DNA from: an uncultured Alphaproteobacteria bacterium
Lineage (GTDB): Bacteria > Pseudomonadota > Alphaproteobacteria > RF32 > CAG-239
Assembly (NCBI GenBank): GCA_944390035.1
Contig: CALXOP010000017.1
Span: 1-50,641 of the forward strand
Direction of reading: 5' to 3'
DNA length: 50,641 bases
The stretch's first letter is position 1; every line of letters starts with the position of its first letter. The translations under genes and the position numbers were made by a program. Under the pieces are notes generated by a model that made no database searches, was not told the DNA's origin, and saw only the letters and a program-made list of their open reading frames with translations. Below are positions 1 through 8,710 of this stretch, one piece after another.

Positions 1-47
1 AAGTAATTAAAAATTATGTAAAGTATCAAGGACAAAGGGATTTAGGT

Positions 48-118
48 CAACTCCATTTGGAGTTGTAAAGAAAGGCACCTTAATGGTGCCTTTCCAAGAA
101 CCCCGGGTTTACCCGGGG
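48..118. other. array of three perfect stem-loops (48-65, 71-93, 101-118)
   Basis: Read directly: caactcc-attt-ggagttg, aaaggcacc-ttaat-ggtgccttt, ccccggg-ttta-cccgggg. No clear U tract follows any of them. Function unknown. Confidence 0.6.
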
Positions 119-202
119 ATATCTATAAAAACACTTGTTTTTGTCCAGAAATGTGTTATACATCACCGCATAAACACCATTATTAATTTAATTAACATTA
201 TT

Positions 203-1315
203 ATGAATCAAACAAGTAAAGAATTGCGTCTAGCAGTAAAAGAAGTTTATGACAGCCAGAGTGTAAGTTTTTCAGATTGCTACGAGTTGGAAAAATTAAA
301 ACCGATACGCGTTATTTTTGTTCCAAACGATGCCCCGCGCTATGTCTCAGCGATTGCTGATTTTTTACAAACCAAAGTAAAAAAGAAATATCCTGAGCTA
401 AGCCCGGAGATTGTATTCATAGAACCTCTGTTTCACACAGAAGGTGATTGGGGCGAAATAGTGTGTAAATCTTTAGCATCCGCGGCACGCTATCTGCAAA
501 ACAATGCTCTGCCTTTCGGGCAACAAAGCGTTATCTTGTGCTCATCAGACATGGTAGCTGAGATTTTGCTCAAAAAACGCGGTGTCACCCAAGACTATGA
601 TGCAGCATTTATTCCCCGACTTATTTGTGATGTTGACAGTTTCAAAAGCTGTACGGGGCCACTGGACTTAGCAGCTCATAAAGCCAGTGTTTCCCCCGAA
701 ATCTTGATAGCTTATGAACCTTATCACAAAAAAGTTCCTACTTTTGCCGATGCGCTGATTGTACTGGCCAGCGGCTATGAGTGTTGGGGAAATATGTTGG
801 ATATATGGCACCAAATTTGCACACGCTACGGACAACGCGCCAAAATAGTCTATATTGATGACCTTGAACAGTGGACATCGAAGGACTATGCCGCCAAGAT
901 TTTTGCAAAATTTTCTTGGTTGGTAAAAAAGACCAAAATTGCCGATAGGGTTGAAAAATTTCCGCCCCATGCTTACACCGTAGTCGGACGATTAGACCAG
1001 CAAAAATCTATTTTTTTCTTACCGCAAAAGAAGAGTTTTTGGGTCTATAACCTGCGTCAAGCATCCTCACTGCAAGACATCAGTTTTTGGATTTACAGAC
1101 AAGAATTTAACGATGAATGGGCCCATGCCGGTGCCATTTCTCGACAATTCTTATGTCAGGACATGAAAAACTTGGAAGAAGCCACCAAGACAAAGTTGCA
1201 ACTTGACCGTTTTCAGCTAAACAAACGCTTTTCTAAATGGAATTTACGCTTGTTTTGGTGGAACTATCAAATCTGCATCAAAAACTATTGCTGGATAAAT
1301 TTTCTGAGTGATTAA
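203..1315 (+). CDS. hypothetical protein, paralog A of a tandem pair
   Basis: Track ORF 83..1315 trimmed to the ATG at 203 (MNQTSKELRLAVKEVY...), which aligns with the N-terminus of the next ORF. The upstream 120 nt consist of hairpins. No family recognised. Confidence 0.75.
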   Translation: MNQTSKELRLAVKEVYDSQSVSFSDCYELEKLKPIRVIFVPNDAPRYVSAIADFLQTKVKKKYPELSPEIVFIEPLFHTEGDWGEIVCKSLASAARYLQNNALPFGQQSVILCSSDMVAEILLKKRGVTQDYDAAFIPRLICDVDSFKSCTGPLDLAAHKASVSPEILIAYEPYHKKVPTFADALIVLASGYECWGNMLDIWHQICTRYGQRAKIVYIDDLEQWTSKDYAAKIFAKFSWLVKKTKIADRVEKFPPHAYTVVGRLDQQKSIFFLPQKKSFWVYNLRQASSLQDISFWIYRQEFNDEWAHAGAISRQFLCQDMKNLEEATKTKLQLDRFQLNKRFSKWNLRLFWWNYQICIKNYCWINFLSD

Positions 1316-1327
1316 GTAAAAAAAGGG

Positions 1328-1360
1328 AGTTTCTCTTAACATAGAGAAACTTCTTTTTTA
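1328..1360 (+). terminator. intrinsic terminator
   Basis: agtttctct-taacat-agagaaact followed by tcttttttatt. Confidence 0.8.
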
Positions 1361-1385
1361 TTGTAAAATTTTATGTTTTATCATT

Positions 1386-2378
1386 ATGGAAACGATTGAA
1401 TTAAGACAAACAATACGTTTGCTATATGAGCAAAGAAGTTTGGGCATATCGGATTGCTATCGCTTTAGCAAAATCAGAAAAGTGAGTCGCATTTGCTATC
1501 AACAAGCGGATAAAGAGAGTCTCGCACTGGCAGAAATCTTGCAAAAGCATGTCGAAAACACACATTTCCAACCGGTTCTATTGCAAGCAGTTAATATTAA
1601 TCTCACTGCCAATAATTATTATCTGGGCTGGAAAGAGTCATTAAAATTCGTCAGCAATCTTGCAGAAGCTCAACAAACTTTGGTTATATGCAACAGCGTT
1701 GTCGCCAGAGTCCTTTTGGAGTTTGCATCTATTGATGAAATGTCGGGTAAATTTAACATTCCTGATTACATCTTAGATATAAATGAATACAAAGACGAGG
1801 ACATCACCTATTGGAAAAAGGTTCCGTTGAACATAGCCACACTCAAAGAGCAAAGAGCCCCGTATCAAAGCAGGTCCTATAAATTAGTCAACCATGCCGT
1901 ATTATTGCTGAGCTCTCTGGATTATATGCCACGCTTGAGTGCACTCTATGCTCCGAAATTAGAAACAATCATACTCGTAAATGATTGCCCTAACGCACCG
2001 ACATGGTTTGTAAAACGAAAGACCAAACAGTTTAAGCAAACTATTAACGCTCTTTTTCCAAAGATGCCCACCAAACAATACACTCAAGCTGAGTTTAAAA
2101 CAGAAATTTCTAAGTTAGATTCAGCCATAATGTTTGTTCCGCAAAACAAAAGCTGGTGGAAATATTATGCCTCCGAAGGTGTATTCTTTGAGAGAGATGC
2201 AGACGACATGTCGGATATGGATGACTTAGGCCCAATGGATTTTCAGGCCTTTTGTGAAGATATGACTCATTTTGCAGAAACCTGGCCCGATCAGCCGCTA
2301 TCGCAAGAGTTCTTAAAATCTTTCAAAAGAAAGAAATTCAATTGTCTTAACCGATTTATTTATTGGTTGCGCCAATAA
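1386..2378 (+). CDS. hypothetical protein, paralog B of a tandem pair
   Basis: 330-aa ORF that shares several colinear motifs with 203..1315 (SDCY, LVICNS/VILCSS, FVPQNKSWW/FLPQKKSFW). No family recognised. Confidence 0.8.
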   Translation: METIELRQTIRLLYEQRSLGISDCYRFSKIRKVSRICYQQADKESLALAEILQKHVENTHFQPVLLQAVNINLTANNYYLGWKESLKFVSNLAEAQQTLVICNSVVARVLLEFASIDEMSGKFNIPDYILDINEYKDEDITYWKKVPLNIATLKEQRAPYQSRSYKLVNHAVLLLSSLDYMPRLSALYAPKLETIILVNDCPNAPTWFVKRKTKQFKQTINALFPKMPTKQYTQAEFKTEISKLDSAIMFVPQNKSWWKYYASEGVFFERDADDMSDMDDLGPMDFQAFCEDMTHFAETWPDQPLSQEFLKSFKRKKFNCLNRFIYWLRQ

Positions 2379-2388
2379 CTCTTTAGAA

Positions 2389-2417
2389 GAACACCATATT
2401 TATGGTGTTCTTTTTTT
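2389..2417 (+). terminator. intrinsic terminator
   Basis: gaacaccata-tt-tatggtgttc followed by ttttttt. Confidence 0.85.
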
Positions 2418-2483
2418 ATGCCTATTGCCATATAAAAAAAATCTGTTATTAATGAATCATAAAAATAATCACAAGAGGAAAAC

Positions 2484-3326
2484 ATGGAACAACACATCAT
2501 ACACATTGGTAATTTTGATCTTGGCAACAAACTTCCCTTGGCACTCATTGCCGGACCCTGCCAAATTCAAAGCAAAGAACACGCCGTCGAACTCGCCGGA
2601 AAATTAGTTGAGCTGACCAAAAAATTAGGTATCAACTATATTTTCAAAGCCTCCTTTGACAAAGCCAACCGCACTTCAATCAACGGGGCACGCGGCGTTG
2701 GTATAGAAGAGGGCATGCGCACTTTTGATGAAATCAAAAAACTTTACGGTTGTCCGATTGTAACGGATGTTCACGAAAGAGAACAATGTGCCATTGTGGC
2801 GCCACATGTTGATATGTTGCAAATTCCGGCTTTTTTGTGCCGCCAAACCGATTTGGTCGTTGCCGCCGCAAAGACCGGAAAGGTCGTCAATATCAAGAAA
2901 GGACAATTTTTAGCCCCTTGGGATATGAAAAACATTGTGAAAAAATCCGTAGATTCCGGTAACAATAATGTTTGTATCACCGAAAGAGGAACCAGTTTTG
3001 GCTACAACACTTTGGTAACCGACATGCGAGGACTTCCGCAAATGGCAAGAGACACGGGTTGTCCGGTAATCTTTGATGCCACACACTCAGTCCAACAACC
3101 GGGCGGCTTAGGCGGAAGTTCCGGCGGACAAGGGGAGTTTGCCCCTGTTTTGGCAAGAGCTGCGGTTGCCGTCGGCGTTGCCGCTGTCTTCATTGAAACC
3201 CACGAAGACCCATCCAAATCGCCAAGCGATGGTCCCAATATGATACCATTGCGCGATATGGAAAAAGTCATCTCTGATTTGATGGCCTATGACGCCGTCA
3301 CCAAGGCTCGTATCCAAGACTATTAG
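2484..3326 (+). CDS. kdsA: 2-dehydro-3-deoxyphosphooctonate aldolase (KDO-8-P synthase)
   Basis: 280 aa. Contains LALIAGPCQIQS, INYIFKASFDKANRTS, DVHE, KKGQF and FDATHSVQQPGG, typical of KdsA. RBS agagga upstream. Confidence 0.95.
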   Translation: MEQHIIHIGNFDLGNKLPLALIAGPCQIQSKEHAVELAGKLVELTKKLGINYIFKASFDKANRTSINGARGVGIEEGMRTFDEIKKLYGCPIVTDVHEREQCAIVAPHVDMLQIPAFLCRQTDLVVAAAKTGKVVNIKKGQFLAPWDMKNIVKKSVDSGNNNVCITERGTSFGYNTLVTDMRGLPQMARDTGCPVIFDATHSVQQPGGLGGSSGGQGEFAPVLARAAVAVGVAAVFIETHEDPSKSPSDGPNMIPLRDMEKVISDLMAYDAVTKARIQDY

Positions 3327-3327
3327 G

Positions 3328-4053
3328 ATGCAGTTTCAAGACGAAGGATATATCATTGACCAAAGAAAGCACGGTGAGAAATCTCTGATTCTCACCGTGT
3401 TAACGCGTCATCATGGCAAAATGATAGGCTACGTCAAAAACTGTTTAAGCAAAAAAAGTTTAGGTATCTACCAATTGGGCAACCATATAGCCATTGATGC
3501 CTATGCCCGCACACAAGAGAATATGTGGAGTTTTCGGGTGGAATTAGTCGAGCCTTGCGCCGTCAATTTTATAAATGATTTCAACAAGTTATCAATCTTA
3601 TCTGCATTTTGTTCTTTAACCAAAGATACCCTGCCGCAAGAAGATAATTTGGAAAGATTTTACTACTACATTGAGAGCTTTTTCAGCTTTATCAATGAGG
3701 AAAATTGGCTGACACACTATGCTTATTTTGAGTTTTATCTGCTGGAATATTTAGGTATCGGACTTGATTTAAGCGAATGTTCGGCCACCGGCACAAAAGA
3801 AAACTTGCGCTATGTGTCGCCCAAAACCGGAAAAGCCGTTTGCGCCCAAGCCGGTGAACCTTATAAAGACAGATTATTTGACTATCCGGAATTTATCATC
3901 ACGCACAATTATACGCCGACACCAAAAGAAATTTATGAATTACTCAGAATGACTGAGTTTTTCCTAAGAAAAAATTTTTTTCAAATACACGGCTTGAAAT
4001 TCCCCGAAAACCGTGCTACTTTGCTCTCAACTTTAAGACTATCAAGCGATTAG
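3328..4053 (+). CDS. recO: DNA repair protein RecO
   Basis: Track ORF 3289..4053 trimmed to the ATG at 3328, one nt after the kdsA stop. MQFQDEGYIIDQRKHGEKSLILTVLTRHHGK is an OB-fold N-terminus, and the C-terminal LDLSECSATG...YVSPKTGKAVC is RecO-like. Confidence 0.85.
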   Translation: MQFQDEGYIIDQRKHGEKSLILTVLTRHHGKMIGYVKNCLSKKSLGIYQLGNHIAIDAYARTQENMWSFRVELVEPCAVNFINDFNKLSILSAFCSLTKDTLPQEDNLERFYYYIESFFSFINEENWLTHYAYFEFYLLEYLGIGLDLSECSATGTKENLRYVSPKTGKAVCAQAGEPYKDRLFDYPEFIITHNYTPTPKEIYELLRMTEFFLRKNFFQIHGLKFPENRATLLSTLRLSSD

Positions 4054-4064
4054 GGTAAGATTCA

Positions 4065-6293
4065 ATGCAAGATAACACCGCAACCGAAGAAAAAATCAGA
4101 GACGTCCATTTGGCTGAAGAACTAAGCAGCCGTTATTTGTCTTACGCAATGTCCACCATTGTGTCACGTTCTCTGCCGGATGTCCGCGACGGCTTAAAAC
4201 CGGTACACCGTCGTTTGCTTTATGCCATGCGCCAACTTCATCTTGACCCAAAATCAGGGTTTAAGAAATGCGCCCGTGTTGTCGGTGATGTCATTGGTAA
4301 ATATCACCCGCACGGCGACAGTGCCGTTTATGGCGCCATGGTTAGACTTGCACAAGACTTTTCGGTTCGTTATCCTTTGGTGGACGGACAAGGCAACTTT
4401 GGCAATATTGACGGAGACGGTGCCGCAGCCATGCGTTATACCGAAGCCAGATTAACCGAATTTGCCATGGCTCTTATGGAAGGCTTAAACGATAACGCGG
4501 TTGACTTTAGAGAAACTTATGACGGCGAAGAAAGCGAACCGGTCGTCATGCCGTCCATGGTACCGAATTTGCTCTGCAATGGTTCCACTGGTATTGCCGT
4601 TGGTATGGCCACCAATATTCCGCCGCACAACTTGAGCGAAGTTTGCGATGCCCTGTTATATTTGATAGAAAAACCCGATTGCGAGATAGAACCGCTGGTG
4701 CGCCGTATTAAAGGCCCGGATTTCCCGACCGGCGGTGTTATCATTGACAGCTTTGACACCATTTTGAATAACTACACCCAAGGCAAAGGTTATTTTCGTA
4801 TTCGTGCCAAGTGGGAGACGGAAGATTTAGGCAAAGGCCAATATCAAATCATCATTAAGGAAATTCCTTATCAGGTTATCAAATCCAAGTTAATAGAAAA
4901 AATTGCTCAGCTCTTAAATGATAAGAAATTACCGATGCTCAACGATGTCAGGGATGAATCCACCCACGATGTCCGCATTGTCTTAGAGCCCAAGAGCCGT
5001 AGTGTTGACGCCAATTTGTTGATGGAGCATTTATTTAAGCAAACCGAGCTTGAAGTTCGTTTTAGTATGAATATGAATGTTCTGGATTCTGACGGCGTTC
5101 CTCGGGTTATGTCCATTAAAGAGGTTTTGCGCGAATTCTTAAATCACCGCCATATCGTGTTGCTACGTCGTTCTCAATTTAGATTAGACAAGATTAATGC
5201 CCGTCTTGAAATATTGTCCGGCTATCTGATTGCTTATCTGAATTTGGATGAGATCATCCGTATTATTCGCGAAGAAGATGATGCCAAACAAGTGATGATG
5301 AAAGAATTTCAATTAACCGAAAACCAAGCCGAAGCAATTTTGAATATGAAATTGCGCAGCCTTCGCAAATTGGAAGAAGCCGAAATCAGAAGAGAATACG
5401 AAGAACTGGAAGATGAAAAGAGCCAGCTTGAACTTTTGCTGAGCGATGAAGGCAAACGTTGGGAAGCCTTGTCTGAAGAAATCAAACTCATCCGTGAGAA
5501 ATTTGGCAAAAAGACAGCTTTGGGCAAGCGCCGCACCGAATTTAGCGAAGTCTCGGAAGATATAGAAGTTCCGGTTGAAATTTTGGTTGAAAAAGAACCA
5601 ATTACCGTAATTCTCTCACAAAAAGGCTGGATACGCTGTGTTAAAGGGCATGTCAACCTGCAAGATGACTTCAAGTTTAAAGATGACGATGCCTTGCAGT
5701 GCGCTATTCATGCCCAAACTACAGATAAAATCATCTTATTTGATACCTCCGGCAAATTCTTTAATATTTCGGGCAGCGAGATTCCGAGCGGTCGCGGCTT
5801 TGGTCAACCGCTCCGCTTAATGGTCGATTTAGGCATTAACGACAATATTTGCGAAATGTTTGTCTTTGAACCCAAAGCCACCTATGTCATTGCATCCAAT
5901 ATGGGTAAAGGTTTTGTTGTTGATGAAAATCACCTCATTGCCCAAACACGCAACGGCCGCAAGATTATGAATTTGGCTGAAGGCGAAAAGGCCGTATTCT
6001 GTCGCAAGATTACCGGTGATATGATAGCTGTTGTCGGTGATAACCGCAAACTTCTTATCTTTAAGATTGAGGAAATTCCGACCATGGCACGTGGACGAGG
6101 GGTCACACTCCAAAAATACAAAGATGGAGGCCTGTCTGATATGCAAATTTTCAATGAAGCTGATGGCTTTACCTTCGAAAAGAACAGTTCCACCAAGACC
6201 GAAACCGAATTACTTACCTGGCTGGGTCATCGTGGACAAGTCGGCAAACTCGTTCCGTTTGGCTTTTTGAAAACCAATAAGTTCTTCAAATAG
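4065..6293 (+). CDS. parC: DNA topoisomerase IV subunit A
   Basis: 742 aa. Contains [27 protein letters not shown] and [10 protein letters not shown]. The length fits ParC better than the roughly 900-aa GyrA. Confidence 0.85.
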   Translation: MQDNTATEEKIRDVHLAEELSSRYLSYAMSTIVSRSLPDVRDGLKPVHRRLLYAMRQLHLDPKSGFKKCARVVGDVIGKYHPHGDSAVYGAMVRLAQDFSVRYPLVDGQGNFGNIDGDGAAAMRYTEARLTEFAMALMEGLNDNAVDFRETYDGEESEPVVMPSMVPNLLCNGSTGIAVGMATNIPPHNLSEVCDALLYLIEKPDCEIEPLVRRIKGPDFPTGGVIIDSFDTILNNYTQGKGYFRIRAKWETEDLGKGQYQIIIKEIPYQVIKSKLIEKIAQLLNDKKLPMLNDVRDESTHDVRIVLEPKSRSVDANLLMEHLFKQTELEVRFSMNMNVLDSDGVPRVMSIKEVLREFLNHRHIVLLRRSQFRLDKINARLEILSGYLIAYLNLDEIIRIIREEDDAKQVMMKEFQLTENQAEAILNMKLRSLRKLEEAEIRREYEELEDEKSQLELLLSDEGKRWEALSEEIKLIREKFGKKTALGKRRTEFSEVSEDIEVPVEILVEKEPITVILSQKGWIRCVKGHVNLQDDFKFKDDDALQCAIHAQTTDKIILFDTSGKFFNISGSEIPSGRGFGQPLRLMVDLGINDNICEMFVFEPKATYVIASNMGKGFVVDENHLIAQTRNGRKIMNLAEGEKAVFCRKITGDMIAVVGDNRKLLIFKIEEIPTMARGRGVTLQKYKDGGLSDMQIFNEADGFTFEKNSSTKTETELLTWLGHRGQVGKLVPFGFLKTNKFFK

Positions 6294-6371
6294 ACAGACA
6301 ATAGACAAAATACATTTACTTAATCTTAATTTTCTGCTATTATAAAAGAAAAAAACAATAAGGTTAAGCAA

Positions 6372-8417
6372 ATGGACGAATATACAGGTTTTGGCAAACG
6401 CGACCTCAATGCCGAACATCACTGGCAAAATATTGAAGAGGCAGGCGTGCTCAAAAATCATCGCCGTAAGGTTGTAATTTTTCCGGGCGATGGGACGGAT
6501 ACCGACCGAGCCGCCAACGGTTTTGCCAAAATAATTGATAGCGTTTTTCCTGAAAATGAAAAGCCTGAAATTTACTCTCTGATCTATAGAGACAACAGTT
6601 CGTGTTACTCACACCGCCTCTATATGCAAGCTAACACCAATCACTTAAACGATTCACGCTATCCTTTAGGACGAGCCCCGCAACCTTATTTGGACACATT
6701 TTATCAAGAGCAAATTCTCCCGCTTATTTCGCAAAAAGACGGAACAGAAAGAATAGCTTTAGAGGAGGCGGCTCAATATCTCCGTGCCACCACAATCGGG
6801 ACACACTGTCACGGTAGCACTGTTTTGTTAGATATTGAAAATAAGCTCAAACAATCCATGCAAACATTGGGATACTCCAAATCAGAACAAGCCTTTTTGC
6901 TCAAACAAATTGTGAGTATTAATTTTTGCTCCTCCATGCCTTTGGAACAAACCCAAACCTCAGCTTTGCATATTATTTCTCAAGCAGATGGACAAGCAGT
7001 CGCCAACTGGCGTTTCGGAAGCCTCAATCATTTTATTCAAACCAAGAAACTCGCTCGCAACGAAACGGCCTTATTCAACACCTCAGACAATGAGAAATGC
7101 TTGGTTTTGCGCAATATTTATGATTTAGACACCGGAGACAAAATCAACGGAGCCACTCCTGATGAACATTTAGGACGTCTCTATTTTCATTTCGACCTCA
7201 ATTCCCAGTATCGCACTTCTGAATCAACCCAAGCATTGCAATTTGTTCACCAAACAATGCAAGCGATTGTTTCAGCCCCTGTTTCAGACAATATGTGGCA
7301 ATACATGCCGCAAACAGATAATCGAAAAGTTTATGAAAATTCAGGCAAAAAATATTATCAAAAATTCCAAAAACGCCGCCAACTCATTAATCAAGCCGAA
7401 GAAAAACTCTGGCAAACTCTAAATTCAGGTCATCAACTTGACCTTACCAAATTGCCGATGGCGCCTCTGTTTCTCCGTCGTAACCCTCAAGGTAAAACAC
7501 CTTTTGAACAAGTTATTCAAAACGGCAATATCGAAGAAATCGAGCAAATCTATAAATCAATTAAAACTTATGAAACAAAAGAACATGATGCTCTTCTACC
7601 GGCTCGTCTGCTAAATAAAACAATTGAATATGCTGCCCAAAACAAGCGTTTTGATATTGCCAATTGTTTCATAGCAAAAGGCGCCACCTCTCTTCCTCTC
7701 CAACTCCAGGCCGACAAAATAGCCGCAGACGATATTCCGACAATGCTCTCCATTTTGGAAAAGCTCCAAACCGGCGGACAAATCACTTATACACTTTTGC
7801 CCATCTATGCCAAAAGTTTTGAAATATCGAATTTATTGCAAAAAAGACAAACACAACAATTCCTCAAAAGTATGGTATTTTTGGATAAGACCTCCGTATC
7901 TGAAAATGCTTCACTCTATCAATTTTGCGAAAAATTTGAAAACCCGGCCAAGCAAGAAATGCAAAAAGAATTTATAAATAAGATTTCTGAGAAATTAGCA
8001 AAAACAAAAGATGCATATGATATTGTAAAACTAGAAAGGGCAAGGCAAGCAACCGATGCAAGTCATAACTTGTATGAAGGATTAAGCACAGAAGCTAAAA
8101 TACGTCTGGAACAACTCAGCCACAAAATTATAAAACAAAAGCTAAATGAATGTGCAAGAGAGGCCATAACACGCGGACATAATGCAGATTTTCCGATAAC
8201 ATTATTCTATTGCCGCAATCAAACACCGGAACAAAGACAAGCCTTTGACGAGCTCATAACCAAATTAAACCAAGCATACCTTGATAACCCCTCACAAAGG
8301 TATCAACTGATTGAGCAAATGAAAGATGAAATGATTAAAAGAAATCCATCCGTATTCCAAACGGCTGAAAAAGTTTCTCCCTTAGCAAACAAAAGGATAG
8401 ACCATACCAATGAGTGA
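6372..8417 (+). CDS. hypothetical protein with ankyrin-like repeats in the C-terminal half
   Basis: 681-aa ORF. GKTPFEQVIQNGNIEEIEQI and TIEYAAQNKRFDIANCFIAKGAT look like ANK repeats. The N-terminal VVIFPGDG...IGTHCHGSTV resembles a small-x-Nu-x-small nucleophile elbow; this part is speculative. Confidence 0.7.
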   Translation: MDEYTGFGKRDLNAEHHWQNIEEAGVLKNHRRKVVIFPGDGTDTDRAANGFAKIIDSVFPENEKPEIYSLIYRDNSSCYSHRLYMQANTNHLNDSRYPLGRAPQPYLDTFYQEQILPLISQKDGTERIALEEAAQYLRATTIGTHCHGSTVLLDIENKLKQSMQTLGYSKSEQAFLLKQIVSINFCSSMPLEQTQTSALHIISQADGQAVANWRFGSLNHFIQTKKLARNETALFNTSDNEKCLVLRNIYDLDTGDKINGATPDEHLGRLYFHFDLNSQYRTSESTQALQFVHQTMQAIVSAPVSDNMWQYMPQTDNRKVYENSGKKYYQKFQKRRQLINQAEEKLWQTLNSGHQLDLTKLPMAPLFLRRNPQGKTPFEQVIQNGNIEEIEQIYKSIKTYETKEHDALLPARLLNKTIEYAAQNKRFDIANCFIAKGATSLPLQLQADKIAADDIPTMLSILEKLQTGGQITYTLLPIYAKSFEISNLLQKRQTQQFLKSMVFLDKTSVSENASLYQFCEKFENPAKQEMQKEFINKISEKLAKTKDAYDIVKLERARQATDASHNLYEGLSTEAKIRLEQLSHKIIKQKLNECAREAITRGHNADFPITLFYCRNQTPEQRQAFDELITKLNQAYLDNPSQRYQLIEQMKDEMIKRNPSVFQTAEKVSPLANKRIDHTNE

Positions 8418-8589
8418 AATTTTATTTGAATTCACAAGACACGGAAAACTCATTAAAGTAACTGCCATCGAACCCGAAACATTGACTGAAGTCTCGGTCG
8501 TCGTACCGGCCACACTATCTGAGGACCAAATGAAATTTCAAGCCTTAAATCGCCTTAAATATGTTTTGCAAAAAAGAGAGCAGGGATAG
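8410..8589 (+). CDS. small conserved protein (59 aa), below the length cutoff of the ORF track
   Basis: My own translation: MSEILFEFTRHGKLIKVTAIEPETLTEVSVVVPATLSEDQMKFQALNRLKYVLQKREQG. The ATG overlaps the upstream stop by 8 nt. It resembles a small alphaproteobacterial family (F.F...G..VKV.AID..TG.EV.+V.P....+.....A..KL.YVL.K) that I recall as DUF6898; the family number is not verifiable here. Confidence 0.65.
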   Translation: MSEILFEFTRHGKLIKVTAIEPETLTEVSVVVPATLSEDQMKFQALNRLKYVLQKREQG

Positions 8590-8604
8590 GGCGTCCTTTT
8601 CTCC

Positions 8605-8613
8605 TGTGGATAA
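8605..8613 (-). promoter_or_regulatory. consensus DnaA box (TTATCCACA on the minus strand)
   Basis: tgtggataa read directly. This is a single copy about 100 nt upstream of the 8711 start. Confidence 0.4.
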
Positions 8614-8654
8614 GTGTTTAAGTCGAGGTTTAGTGTTTTCAAATAAAAAAAACT

Positions 8655-8663
8655 TGGTATAAT
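8655..8663 (+). promoter_or_regulatory. extended -10 promoter element (TGgTATAAT)
   Basis: ttggtataat lies 48 nt upstream of the ATG at 8711. I found no good -35. Confidence 0.45.
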
Positions 8664-8710
8664 TGCCCCAGTTTATAAACTCTTATTAAGATTCACCTGG
8701 GGAACTGAAA

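Noticed and set aside
83-202. N-terminal 40 codons of track ORF 83..1315.
   Set aside because: This stretch consists of two perfect hairpins, and the ATG at 83 sits in a hairpin loop. The paralog alignment starts at the Met at 203.
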